Part shown: positions 6,968-7,088 of the stretch, piece by piece | Layout: every line of letters starts with the position of its first letter | How positions within the stretch are numbered: the stretch's first letter is position 1 | From: Fastidiosibacter lacustris | GTDB taxonomy: Bacteria > Pseudomonadota > Gammaproteobacteria > Francisellales > Francisellaceae | DNA length: 7,088 nucleotides | NCBI RefSeq assembly: GCF_003428155.1 | Contig: NZ_QLIR01000033.1 | Location: 1 to 7,088 of the forward strand | Direction of reading: 5' to 3' | The notes under the pieces: model-generated | Seen by the model: the letters and a program-made list of their open reading frames with translations, nothing else | Databases searched by the model: none | What the model was told of the DNA's origin: nothing | Program-made: the position numbers and the translations under genes

Positions 6968-7088
6968 ACCGTATTTAATCTAGCAAAATAGCTATTTAAA
7001 AATTAAAGGTGGATATGATCAATGAGATGGGAAACGATAAACAAGTTAGCAGCAGATGAGTTTCGTCGTTTAACAGGTGTAAAAAAGC
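6956..7088 (+). mobile_element. Left end of an IS5-like insertion sequence (boundary approximate)
   Basis: A transposase-like start codon lies at 7022; the preceding GAGTTCTTTCCAAACC is a plausible terminal inverted repeat, but the right end is outside the window. Confidence 0.45.
7022..7088 (+). CDS. IS5-family-like transposase, N-terminal 22 codons (truncated by window edge)
   Basis: ATG AGA TGG... gives MRWETINKLAADEFRRLTGVKK, matching the typical x-YExIxxLxxEEFxRLxGVKKxTF N-terminus of HTH_Tnp_4 IS5-like transposases; AGGTGG upstream. Confidence 0.65.
   Translation, partial: MRWETINKLAADEFRRLTGVKK

Overview
Plasmid-like window, with most genes on the minus strand. From left to right: (1) the 5' part of a non-ribosomal peptide synthetase gene (condensation domain plus start of an adenylation domain), running off the left edge and absent from the supplied ORF track; (2) a higBA-like toxin-antitoxin pair (COG4679/COG5606-type) enclosed by a ~113-bp, ~95% identical inverted repeat, giving a compact ~1.1-kb unit; (3) a degenerate repeat cluster at the 3' end of a putative plasmid replication-initiator/HTH gene; (4) a parA-parB partition operon with a palindromic operator/centromere candidate upstream, where ParA has Cys instead of the signature Lys of the deviant Walker A motif; (5) a short ORF with a prepilin-peptidase-like motif ending at the start of a plus-strand IS5-like transposase that runs off the right edge. 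The most interesting observation is the long inverted repeat around the TA module, which also shares a motif with the repeats next to the replication gene. All homology statements come from motif recognition by eye; no database search was run.
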